Source: Octopus sinensis (Eukaryota). Taken from it: a stretch of DNA of 51,545 nucleotides. The translations under genes and the position numbers were made by a program. The notes below the pieces were generated by a model that did not search any database, was not told the origin of the DNA, and saw only the letters and a list, made by a program, of their open reading frames with translations. Below are positions 40,365-51,545 of this stretch, in pieces. The DNA lies in the NCBI RefSeq assembly GCF_006345805.1, contig NW_021834019.1:1-51545 (forward strand), read 5' to 3'. Each line of letters opens with the position of its first letter. Position 1 is the stretch's first letter.

Positions 40365-40749
40365 TATTTCGCGATGTGGTACTGATGAATGGGCAATAGC
40401 TCCTGAAATGTGCATATACACCCATAACCAACTTTTTTCTTCTTCGAAAGCAGCGATTACATAGGTGCACCCGTATATGAAATGTCGTCACTTTCAGGCT
40501 GGCTCTCAGCTCGATAGAAAATCTGTAGAGATAAACTTCAAAAGTAAGACAATCAATATTGATTTGTAAACGTTTATTATACTTGGTAGTATATTACGGC
40601 TGCAAAGCGAAATTCTGTGTCCTTGCTAGAAATTAATCGATAAAAATAATACCAGTTAAATATTGATGATACAGTCATAAGCCTTCCTCCAAAACAAACA
40701 CTCTGCCACAATTTTCTAGCATTTCTGCTTATATTATTGTTGTTATTAT

Positions 40750-40892
40750 TTTGAGTTTCAAATTCGACCAAGATTAACTTTGCCTTTCATCCTTCTGGTG
40801 TTGATAAGATAAAGTATTAGTTAAATGCTGGGATCGATGGCATCGATTAACCTTCTCCCTCAAAATTCCTTGTTTGATGCCAAAATTTAAAA

Positions 40893-40954
<62 letters not shown>

Positions 40955-42215
40955 CATCATCATCATTATTACGACGAAGGCAGCGAGCTGGCAGAATCGT
41001 TAGCACGCCGGACAAAATGCGTAACGGCATGTTGTCTGCCTTTATGGTCTGAGTTCGAATTCCGCCGAAGTCGAGTTTGCCTTTCATCCTTTCGGGGAGG
41101 GGTGATAAAATAAATACCAGTGATACACTGGAGCCGATATAATCGACTTACCTCCCATCCTTACTCCCACCCCGTAATTGCTGACCTTGTGTGAAAATTT
41201 AAAAAACATTATTGTTATTATGGCATGCCAGCAGCATCATTAGCGCGTCGAACAAATTGCTCTGCAGCATTTCTTTCGGCTTTTTATGTCCTGGTTTCAA
41301 ATTCCGCTGAGGTCAACTTTACCTTTCATCCTTTCCGGGTCGATAAAATAAAGAACCAGTCAAATACTTATGCCAATATAATCAACTTACCCTCTAATCC
41401 TGAAATCCCTGGCCTTTAGATGAATTCGAAATATCATTATCATTATTATTACTATTATTACCATTTTCGTTGCATTTGTTGTCGTTGTTGTTGTTGTTGC
41501 TGTTTTCACTGTTATTACTGTATTTTTGTTGTATTGTTTCGTGTTTTTGTTGTTTATTGTTATACATTTAATAGAATAATATATATTGTTGTTGTCTTTT
41601 TTTTTACTTTTTGTTTATATAATCTGTTACATTTGTTTATTTTTATTCTATTATTGTGTATTTATTTTTGTTTCATTTTATTTTTATATGATTTTTGTTT
41701 GGGTTTTTTGTTGTTCATGTTTATTTTTACATTGCTAAATCATGTTTATTTTAGTTGGTATTGTTGAAAGAACCGGGTAGAGAGGGCAAGTTAGAATCGG
41801 TAGAGCATCGGACAATTCGTCTCGCAATATTTCTTCCAACTCTTTACATTCTGAACTCAAAATCTGTCAAGGTTAACTTTGCTTTTCATCCTACCGGGAT
41901 GTAAAGTACCAGTCATGCGCTGGCATCGATTTAGCGACTTATTGCCCTTCCCCTCAAAATTGTTGGCCTAATGCCTATGTTATTAACTAGTATTATTATA
42001 GTTTTATATTTGAGAGATCATGAATTATGTATATTATTTACATACGGCGTAGTGGTGAAGAGCGCGGCCTTCTAACCCCAAGATTCCGAGTTCGATTCCA
42101 GGCAGTGACCTGAATAATAATAATAATAATAAAATAACTACCAGTTGAACAATAGGGTGGATGTAATCGAGTAGACCCCTCACCAAAAATTTCAGGCCTT
42201 GTGCCTGAAATGGAG
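40750..42215 (+). mobile_element. Cluster of 4-5 same-orientation SINE family A copies with (TAT)n tails
   Basis: Copies at about 40750-40952, 40978-41222, 41228-41460, 41780-42000, plus a tRNA-like head and tail at 42045-42215. Confidence 0.8.
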
Positions 42216-43058
42216 GGTGAGTATCAGAAACAATAAAGCAGAGGACTGAATAATATAAATGTAGTATTTAGTTTGAGCCTGTACGATTCGAGTTCAAATT
42301 GGGGCCTTCTTTCTCACTGAGCCAAATAAATGAAGTCTCATTTGTTTGTCATGGTGGGGTTTTTGTATAACCCCAGATCAGCTCCAATTGAGCCACAAGT
42401 CAGCCCAGATCCCAGCCGTAACCACCTCTTCTATTTGTATACTTAGTTCTATATTACCCAATGTGTCCTTCCCTTGTAAATTGGCAACATGTGATTTGAG
42501 GGAATATGGTTGCTATTTCTAATAGGCCACGCAGCTACTTGAAAGTGCCTTCTGTCATAAGCCTGGGTTGGGGTGAGTTACCCCGACATGTATATATCAG
42601 AAGAGCATTGTAGTACAGAAGTTATATATCCAACTCCAAGATATAAACTCGTTACCACTTATATATCTTGATGGATATATAATTTCACGAAGCAGAGGGA
42701 AAGAAATTATTCACAAGACGCACTAAGTTTATACAAGATTAAACGCTCTCTGACAACGGCTCTCAGTGAACCGCTTATCCTCAATTGCTCATAGTTCTTT
42801 ATTATGTAGCAATGTGTCAGTTCACTTTTAGTTACTTGAAGGGTGGTCAGAATCCTTCCCATAAGAAGAAGTAAAATAATAGTGAAATGAGAAATTAGGG
42901 AAAGCTTCTAAAAATTCAGAAAGTTTTTAAAAACCCTTTATATTCCGGACGCAAAAGCCTATCTTCAGAAGAACACATAGAGATGTGTATTAAAGGGATT
43001 TTTCAAAAACATTCTGCTTTGCCAGAAGCGTTTGTTTCTTCCAATTTCACTCATATAT

Positions 43059-43101
<43 letters not shown>

Positions 43102-44070
43102 ATATATAAGACTTTATATGCAGTAGAAGCAAGATTCAAGTAATACAGCCTTATATGTGTCATACTCAAAGTAAATACAACATTGAAAGGCAAATTTACT
43201 GTGGTATTCGTCCGAAGATAACCTTTCTAATAGAGGTGCGGTGTCTAAAAATACAGTATGGAAGGAAAACAAAAGTTTTCCCAATAATTTATATATGTAT
43301 ATATATATATATATATAGCTAAGGGAGGGAACCATCAGCTTCTAAAGAGTATATATATATATATATATATATAAGCGGAAGGACGTAAGGTAAATAGTTT
43401 CAAATCGTAACCGACACCAGTTCGATAGTTTTAGATAACTAAATTCGATGAATGTCACAAAATCGCACTTGCTTCTTCTCTCATCTTTGTAATCCTTTAA
43501 TCTTTTCTCTATGTATCATTTCACATTGTATATGTATAATGTCATGTATATATGTAATATGAGCCTTATTTGTGATATGTATGTATGCATATATGTATAT
43601 ATAGACAGATATTTTTAAAGAAATCTTCATATATATATATACATACTCATAAAAAAATGTAAGAAATGTGATTTAAAAATATAAATAATATATATAAGTA
43701 AAGAAACACATAAATACATATAATAATATATTTTTTAAAATAATATCTACATATTTACACATATTTGTTGGATGGCCGTTGACGCTCAGGAATTCTTCTG
43801 CCTGATATATATAAGGGCATTGAAGTGTGAGAATAGGGGTTCAACACCGCTATTGATGCAGAAATATTTTTTTTATTTATGGATCAAGAATGGTTCCAAT
43901 GGCTTGAAGCAGGAAGTTCTGCAATTATTTCAACGCCCCTATTAAAAATACTGATAATTGGCTTCTATATTGGATGCCCCTCGCTCTAATAATTGTCGAA
44001 CCTCTCGCAGAAAAGCTTTGGTAGCATTTTTAATCTACGATTAACGTGCGTATATACATATATATATATA

Positions 44071-44137
<67 letters not shown>

Positions 44138-44349
44138 TATGCATGCATAGTATATGTATATGAAGAATGCGTTTCGAGTAGAAACCACATGTAGATTGGT
44201 TAGGTTAACTTGGTTTCGATTCCTTTGCTTGGTTGTAAGCAAATGGGCCATCCTTCGATGCCACTGCATTAATGAGTTATACCAGAAATGCAATATATGA
44301 AATATATTATATATAAAATACACACACATATCAACACACACATACATCA

Positions 44350-44406
<57 letters not shown>

Positions 44407-44596
44407 TATATAATTAATTATAAGGGTGAGAGAATTGATACTAATTTAATAGTATATCTATTCAACACCAAGTGGCCTAGTGCTCCGATTAACTGGTGCT
44501 AGAGTGAGCCATATAGTGACCACTCTCTTATATATTTATATATATATATATATGTATATATATTTATATATATATATGTATATATATATATTATAT

Positions 44597-44640
<44 letters not shown>

Positions 44641-45385
44641 TATATATTATATATATATATATACTTGTTTATTCGACCCAGTGTACTCATGTTGATTGTT
44701 ATAGCCACAACGCTTGCCCATTCTCTCCGCCCTCTTCAGATTCCTGTCGAGCTTGTGACAATACATATATAGTAGAGAGAGAGAGACAGACAGAGAGACA
44801 GAGACAGAGAGTTTGTTTTTATGTCAATTCGCTTTTAAATCAATTTTACATTAAACTGAAGGATTACTCAATACTTTTTTTTATTGAAGTACACATTTAT
44901 TAATTTTTGCAAGTAAAGATTGATAGTGACTTCGAACTTTCGGTTTCCTCGCCTTCACTAAACCCTACCTAAATACTTACATTTATGGCAATACTTATAG
45001 CCTACTTAATTTGGGTAAAAGCACTGTACTTTTACAAGAGATGCGAATATTGCAGTAATACGGCGTTCTAACATGTATATCCAAGTTAAGTAGATTATAA
45101 GGATTGAAATTCAGTATTTAACTGCTTCTGTCACGTATGTGTGTGTGTGTGTGTGTGTGTATGAATATAATATATATATATATATACAGAAACGAGAGAA
45201 AAAGTAAGAAATACTAAAAAAGAATGTGATAGCTTATTGAGACTTATCCAGATCTGAGTGAGCCTGTACCTATCTGAGGAGACGTAGGAGGGCGGAGAAA
45301 ATCCAGAATACCAAAACACTGGGTCATATACACGCAGAAGAGCAGAATAAAAGTAGAAATTTGGTTACAATTCTTGTATACAAAT

Positions 45386-45630
45386 ATCATAAGTTACATA
45401 ATATTCAGTTGTGTTTCACTAGTGTATACTAGTATGCTATGCAGTAATCGTTACATAGACGATCGTATAATCAACCTATAATACCAGATTGTCAGCAACG
45501 AAGTAGATTATTTCTTTCTTCTGATGATCTGATGTTATTGGGTCATAATGCTACTGTCTATGTAACGATTACCGTATAGCATACCTGTATATACCAGTGA
45601 AACACATGTAATAATTATGCAATTTATGAT
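45386..45630. repeat. Imperfect inverted repeat (weaker extension to about 45335-45680)
   Basis: TGTGTTTCACT...GTAATCGTTACATAGAC / GTCTATGTAACGATTAC...AGTGAAACACA. Confidence 0.9.
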
Positions 45631-45851
45631 GTTAAAATTTTTATAAATGGAACCGAATCTTCAGTTTAGTCTTCTCTGGGACGTACAAGCTGTAATCTAT
45701 TTAAATGTATTTAATACCAACCAAAAATATAAGGACAAATTAGGTTTAATTTTTGATTCGAAGTTGGATACGCATGATGTTACATAACAACCCGAACCAA
45801 AGGTTAATTGTAATGCAATCATATATAATCAACAGATGTGACTATGCATAT

Positions 45852-45914
<63 letters not shown>

Positions 45915-46187
45915 TAATATATATATATCTATATATATATAGATACATATATACATACATATGTATACACATATCTATAGATATATAAACATATATATAT
46001 ATAAATGCATATATACGTAAATAAGCTAAATACGTTCATATTTATATCCAGCATCACACATACCTACCGCTCTCATTTCTCTTTTTTCTCTCTCCCTCCC
46101 TCCTTCTTTCTCTCTCTTTCTCCATTATATTTCCCACCCCCGTTGCCACGCCCACCTTTGGCTCCTGGTACTACTCAAACTTTACAG

Positions 46188-46515
46188 AAATCTATACAGT
46201 ACAGACAATTTGGACAAAACGAAATCCGACTTGGCCAAAGGTGACCCAAGAGGTAAAGGTTTCAAACAGCAGAAGATCAGTCATTCTCAAGCGAACACAA
46301 ACATGACATTGGCTGATGAACTCGATACAGTCTCTGGTAGTAACGGCTGCGGTAGCAACAGTGTCCAGGAAAGTCCGTTCGTCGACAGTAGTGTCTATGA
46401 CGTTCAGCCCAAAGACGGTTACAAAAGATTCAAAGGCGGTTCAAGCATGGAGAGTTTGTACAGCGACAATGGTGGATCCAGTTTAGACAGGGACACGCCC
46501 ATACATTCTACAAAC
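46188..46515 (+). CDS. Probable cytoplasmic-domain exon of the same cadherin gene
   Basis: Long pyrimidine tract (46070-46160), TTTACAG acceptor at 46181-46187 in phase 2 (matches the donor at 1120: CG+A=Arg). Open frame NLYSTDNLDKTKSDLAKGDPRGKG...SMESLYSDNGGSSLDRDTPIHSTN, strong donor AAC|GTAAGC at 46516. Non-repetitive, higher GC, S/D/G-rich as in cadherin tails. Linkage to the first exon is inferred from phase only. Confidence 0.75.
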
Positions 46516-46711
46516 GTAAGCTGGTCTTCACTTGTAATTTTTTTTTTTTACATATTTCACCATATTTTTTGTTTATTTTATAAATTTATTCATTCATCTT
46601 ATTTCTTTCATTTCATTTCCTATCGTTTCATTCTTCCATCGTTTTGTTGTTGAGTTACCGAATTGCTTGTTGATTTATTTGTATGTTTATTTGTTCAGGC
46701 AGTGATTGGAT

Positions 46712-46752
<41 letters not shown>

Positions 46753-47169
46753 TTGTAAATCTCCTTCTTCCTCTAATTCCAATCTCTGTTTTCTACTCCT
46801 TAGTCTTTTTTTATATATATAATCTCATTGTACATGTGTATATATAAATGTTTGTATATGTTTGTCTGGTTACGGGCGTATGGAGGTCATCGAATGCAAA
46901 TGTGTGTGTGTGAGTGTCTTTTATATATATGTATGTGTGTGTGTGAGTGTCTTTTATATATATGTATGTGTGTGTGTTTCATATATACATAAAAGATACA
47001 GGGATTACATATATTAATTTTATTATCTAAAAGAGTTTGATTCGCCCCGATGTGACTTACTTTCGTGGGCTTCTTTCAAAAACCCAGCTCGTCGAGTTCA
47101 GTTATCCTGAAAGGAAAGAATAAATAGAGTCAAAAAGAAGAGGAAGTACGATTCGGCTGCTGTTTAATG

Positions 47170-47211
47170 ACCACTACACATGTTTCGATACAACATAAAT
47201 ATACATTATAT

Positions 47212-47247
<36 letters not shown>

Positions 47248-47325
47248 ATATATATACAGAGATTAAATTGAAATTAAGTAACAGTTTACATTATAATAAG
47301 ACCTAGTTGTATCTTCTCAGATGAT
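47170..47325 (-). ncRNA. Minimal type I hammerhead-ribozyme-like motif with a microsatellite-expanded loop II
   Basis: Minus strand: ATCAT-CTGAGAA-GATACAAC-[111 nt]-GTTGTATC-GAA-ACATGTGT-A-GTGGT. One deviation from CUGANGA; all three helices can pair. Confidence 0.55.
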
Positions 47326-47472
47326 ACATAATCGCTCTCCGTAAGTAAATGTTTAATTTCGATGCTATCACATCCAACATAATTTAAATTTAATCCCTGT
47401 ATATATGTGGATCTATGCTGTATCGAAATATGTGTAGTAATCATTAAACAGCAGTCGAATCGTACTCTCCTG

Positions 47473-47542
<70 letters not shown>

Positions 47543-48399
47543 ACGAGCTTGCTAACAGTTTTGTCCAAATTCTCTCACGAGACATCGATTGAACTAGGGC
47601 TATAACAGAGGACACTTTGCCGAGGTGTTATGCAGTGGGACTGAACCCAAAACTACAAGGTTGCAAATGGACCTTCTTACCCACACAACCATCCCTACAC
47701 CTGTATATTAATTTTTTCAAGGAAGCACTTACGAAGCAGTATCCAGTCACCCAATACACCTTAGCTCTATTTATGTTGTGTATATTGTCAATTTCATATT
47801 TTTTGATTGATCGGGTGTCTAGAGCGATGCGTTGGTTCAATGAACCACTGTTTTGTTAGTTTACAAAGTTGAGTTCAGTTACTGAAGCTCTAAATGATAC
47901 CTCTTTTTTTAATCCATACATACATACAAACTTGTATACAAGTATGACCATCACTTGCAAATTATCTTAACCTAAATGTTAAAAACAACGGCTGCCAGCA
48001 ATACCCGTGCTGAAATTTAGAGTCAATAACAGCATGCAAAGCCGAGTATGATAGAAAAAAGCAAGTGCAAGATTTTCGGTTTCGAAATGAGGCGGGTGTT
48101 ATACATGCATGCATTATATGCATTAAATACATACATACATTACGTACGTACGTACGTACGTACATACATACATAATATTATCATTTAAATATGTATGAGC
48201 ATGTCTAGATATGCAACTATTTGAATGAGAATACATACATAAAACATACATATATACTTATATACATAAAAAAATACCCTGTTTTTGATGTTGAAATTCC
48301 AATGAAGGAGCCTTAGATCTAGGTTAGAAACCGGTTCTTTCTCCCTTGGCAAGAAATCTTGGAATAAACTGAATAATGACGTACATACATACATGCTGA

Positions 48400-49140
48400 A
48401 CAGTAAAGAAATAAATGCGTACATTCTATGCATACTCAAAAGAGGGCGCAACATCATCGTCAGAGTTGGAGAAGAACTATTGCGTGGGTGCACTGAAAAT
48501 ACAAAGGAGGTTGGAGAGGCCACCCTAAACAGAAACTTGGAGGAGAAGCAGGCATTATACTAACAAGTAACAATGCAAGGGTACATAAACAGTAAGGTAG
48601 AGGGCAATAAAAGCACTGACAGGGAGAGTAGCCTCTCCTGAACCTGCGATAGATACGTTACATCTCACTAAGGATATGTCTTTGCTATCCACGAACAAGA
48701 GTTAGCTACTAAATACCTGATAAACAAAAGGGACAAAGATACTACAAACCTCCACGTTGGTATAAAAAAAATGTCAGCTCTGTCAGTAGATGTTAGCCAC
48801 ATTATCAGCTTTTGCCCCAAAATGTCTACGAGATACTACCCGACACTGAGGCATGATATAGTTGCAAATACTATTTACACTGCTATCCGTAGCAGCAGGT
48901 ATTCACGCCTTTAAAAACAACGATCATTGGTCAGCGGCCTGGCGGGTGTGAATGTACAATGAAAAGTCCAGAAAAATAAAAGAGAACAGTTATGGCGTAT
49001 TAATGCGGAACTTACAGCTCCTGTATCCTGACTGAATTCTCATTTGTATTTAACATCATAAGTGTATGTACCAACAAATCGACACAAAATCTTAGAAATA
49101 CTCGGTTTCATGAAGAAAGACCAAAAGAAACTGATGCAGG
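48400..49140 (+). mobile_element. Decayed R4/Dong-like (restriction-like endonuclease) non-LTR retrotransposon fragment
   Basis: Stop/frameshift-interrupted translation GYVFAIHEQELATKYLINK...VDVSHIISFCPKMSTRYYPTLRHDIVANTIY matches the AIQEQ and CCHC/RHD motifs of RLE-type LINEs. Confidence 0.65.
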
Positions 49141-50223
49141 ATCCCAAAAGTTCTTCATCTGAGATTCATATGTAAATAGATGCACACACTTGGGTGTATG
49201 CACCGACAGTTCAACCAACACACCAACTCAACCACACATCTACAAACACCGGAAACTCTCTTGACTCAAAAAGTCTTGTTGCTTTGTTAGCGAGCGGCTT
49301 CAACTCTCTTTCAAGAACTTAAATAAAATTCGAAAGAAAATCACGCGCGCACACACACACACACACACACAGATTGCGTAGCATTCATTTGTTGAGAACA
49401 TGGGAGAAAAATGGTGGAAAGCCAACGCTAATTTCAGCTAACTTGGTTAGTCTTCACACATATCAAAGTGCTTCTCTAGGCCAAGTGTCCCTGGATCAGA
49501 GGCAAGACAAGGGGCCAATAAGTCTGGGAGAAAAGAAAACGAATGAAACTTTTGCCAAGAGGGCTTGCAATACTGGACGCTATCCATGAGAAAGTGTGAG
49601 AATATGAAGGCCAACCATCGCTCGTGAATGTTTATGGTTTGTTAACGTGCACCATGCTCCCATTAAGCCCGTGTAGCCACAAGCAGACGTAGCCACCTGC
49701 TCAACTGTACCGCCCTCTAACCCAATGGCACGCATAGTACGTGACAGCTGGATAGAGAGAGGGTGAGATAGAGGAGTAAAAGAGTATGAGTTTCCCCAGG
49801 ACTTGGTTGGTACTCATTTTCAGTTGGTAGATAAGAACAATGTAAAATAGAGTACGTTGCTGAAGGACAATGCATTGCCCGGAGCAATAACTGAACTCAC
49901 GACATTATGAACGGGAACCAAACTTCCTGACTAGGAGAGAATGGGCCTTCATTAAAAACGGGAGAATACCTGTATAACTGTATAACTGAATAACTATGTA
50001 TGTTTGTTTTACGTCGGGTTATAATAAAAACAATTCAAAATTAAACTGAAAAATTACTCAGCACTTTCGATTGACAGTCTCACAAAGGCTTGCAAGTGGC
50101 AACTTCGAAGTCACTTTCACTCCTCTTCTTGTATATGTTTAATAAACAACCGCTTTACCGGAATATTATACACCCACTTACCATACATATACACACGTTT
50201 CCCGATATATAATACATACATAT

Positions 50224-50297
<74 letters not shown>

Positions 50298-50313
50298 GGA
50301 TAGATATATCCCT

Positions 50314-51312
50314 CTAGTTTCAGAGCTGTGGCCATGCTGATGCACCACCGTTTTGCACTACACTCTTATTACTGAGAGCCTCCTCTAATATGTGGTACTT
50401 GGTGAAGAATGGAGTTTGATGTAGCTACCCTCATTTGCACCTCTTGCCGTGAGGTAGGTTCATGTGTGACTCTCGACAGGAAGAGGTCCAGCTTTGATTT
50501 TAAAACATCTACATCTACTTTGTGCAAGTTCCTCACGCTCTTTGGGAGAATATTAAAAAGCTGTGGGCCCCTGAAACTCAGGCTGTTGCAGTAACTGGAC
50601 CTGAAGCGCGATGGCGTTGGTGGGGTCTTTGGCACTATGCAGTGTCGACCCGTTCTAGCATTGGTGTAGCTTTCAATGCCAAAATTTGGCACAATTCCTT
50701 CCAAGATCTTCCAGATATATATTACTGCGTACCTCTCCCGTCTTCTCTCTAGGGAGTAGAGTCTTAGCTGTTTCAACCTTTCCCAGTAGCTGAGCTGTTG
50801 CAAAGAAACGATCTTCTTTGTGAATCTTCTCTGGATTGCTTCAAGGTATGCTGTTAATTTCACACTGGTGGGTGACCATATCTGTGAGCAGTAATCTAGG
50901 CGGCTGAGGACAAATGTCGGCCAGAGGACACTCATGGTTTCCTTATCTCTGGTTCTGAATGTTCTTAGGACCCATCCAGAGCAGTCATCTGCACTTTGTC
51001 GCCATCCTGGTAATGTGCACTTGGAAAGAGGTATCATCACTCATGTCTATACCCAGGTCCCTCACTGATTTAGGCTCTGGGATTGAAATTCTCTGTGGAC
51101 CAGTGGACCCTGTAAGTTTCATATTCAGTTTTGGACGCATTTAGCGCAGGGCTTGGAATTTTTCAGCATTAAATTGCATGTTATTATCCTCAGCCCATCT
51201 GTAAATTGAGTCCAACTCCTGCAGCAGATGTGCAACATTGCTGGGGTTCTGTATTTTCTGCGAGACTTTCGTATCGTCTGCATAGCTTGCAAGGGTGGCT
51301 ATCAGGGCACGT
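50314..51312 (-). mobile_element. 5'-truncated, frameshifted CR1-group non-LTR retrotransposon (RT C-terminal part plus 3' end)
   Basis: ORFs 51141-51326 (YADDTK, WAEDNNMQFNAEKFQ) and 50369-51040 (LDYCSQIWSP, LEAIQRRFTK, YWERLKQLRLYSLERRRERY, RGPQLFNILP). The 3' end CGGTGGTGCATCAGCATGGCCACAGCTCTGAAACTAG runs into a (TCTA)n tract. Confidence 0.9.
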
Positions 51313-51458
51313 GAGGGTATTTTCAAGTTAAAGGAAAGATGGAGACGAATTGTGCAACAAAATGGTTCATATTAAGGTTCATTAAAAATGTAATGGCAAG
51401 TGTTTATTGACCTTTTCTTTCCTTTAAAAATCGGCACGAACTTTCCGGACAACCCATA
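51313..51458 (+). mobile_element. 3' end of a mariner DNA transposon (transposase C-terminus plus terminal inverted repeat)
   Basis: GAGGGTATTTTCAAGTTAAAGGAAAGATGG... translates EGIFKLKERWRRIVQQNGSY, the mariner C-terminal GIxKLxxRWxxxxxxxGxY motif. It is followed by AAATCGGCACGAACTTTCCGGACAACCCATA, resembling a mariner TIR, then TA. Confidence 0.8.
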
Positions 51459-51478
51459 TTTATATATATATTTATATT

Positions 51479-51541
<63 letters not shown>

Positions 51542-51545
51542 TTAC

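Noticed and set aside
42045-42105. tRNA-like sequence GGCGTAGTGGTGAAGAGCGCGG...GAGTTCGATTCC
   Set aside because: No proper acceptor stem, and it is followed by (AAT)n and a SINE tail; it is a SINE head, not a tRNA gene.
46901-46977. Tandem duplicate of TGTGTGTGTGTGAGTGTCTTTTATATATATGTA
   Set aside because: Ordinary slippage between microsatellites.
48299-48340. Hammerhead-like CCAATGA...GAAACCGGTT (similar GAAACCGGTT on minus strand at about 29100)
   Set aside because: The CUGANGA box has two or more changes and stem I is not evident.

Overview
AT-rich eukaryotic genomic DNA, most likely an octopod cephalopod (inferred from the tRNA-derived SINE families and the extreme (TA)n/(CA)n/(GATA)n density). 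The window is essentially one very long intron of a cadherin-superfamily gene on the + strand. An exon at 842-1120 encodes the end of a cadherin repeat plus a transmembrane helix. It is phase-compatible with a Ser/Asp-rich cytoplasmic exon at 46188-46515, and a possible alternative exon lies at 35733-35852/35856. The intron holds three SINE families in both orientations and a Hero-like LINE remnant; an R4-like remnant, a 5'-truncated CR1-group LINE and a mariner 3' end lie downstream of the cytoplasmic exon. Two patterns are not explained by these features. (1) At least 12 mutually unrelated foldback/inverted-repeat segments of about 50-420 bp, from near-perfect to heavily decayed, many abutting (TA)n tracts; four share a TATAAC-like terminus. 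(2) Several minimal, Penelope-type hammerhead-ribozyme-like motifs, one with a (TA)n microsatellite inside its stem II loop. Almost all ORFs in the supplied track are microsatellite artefacts. All alignments were done by eye, so repeat boundaries are approximate.
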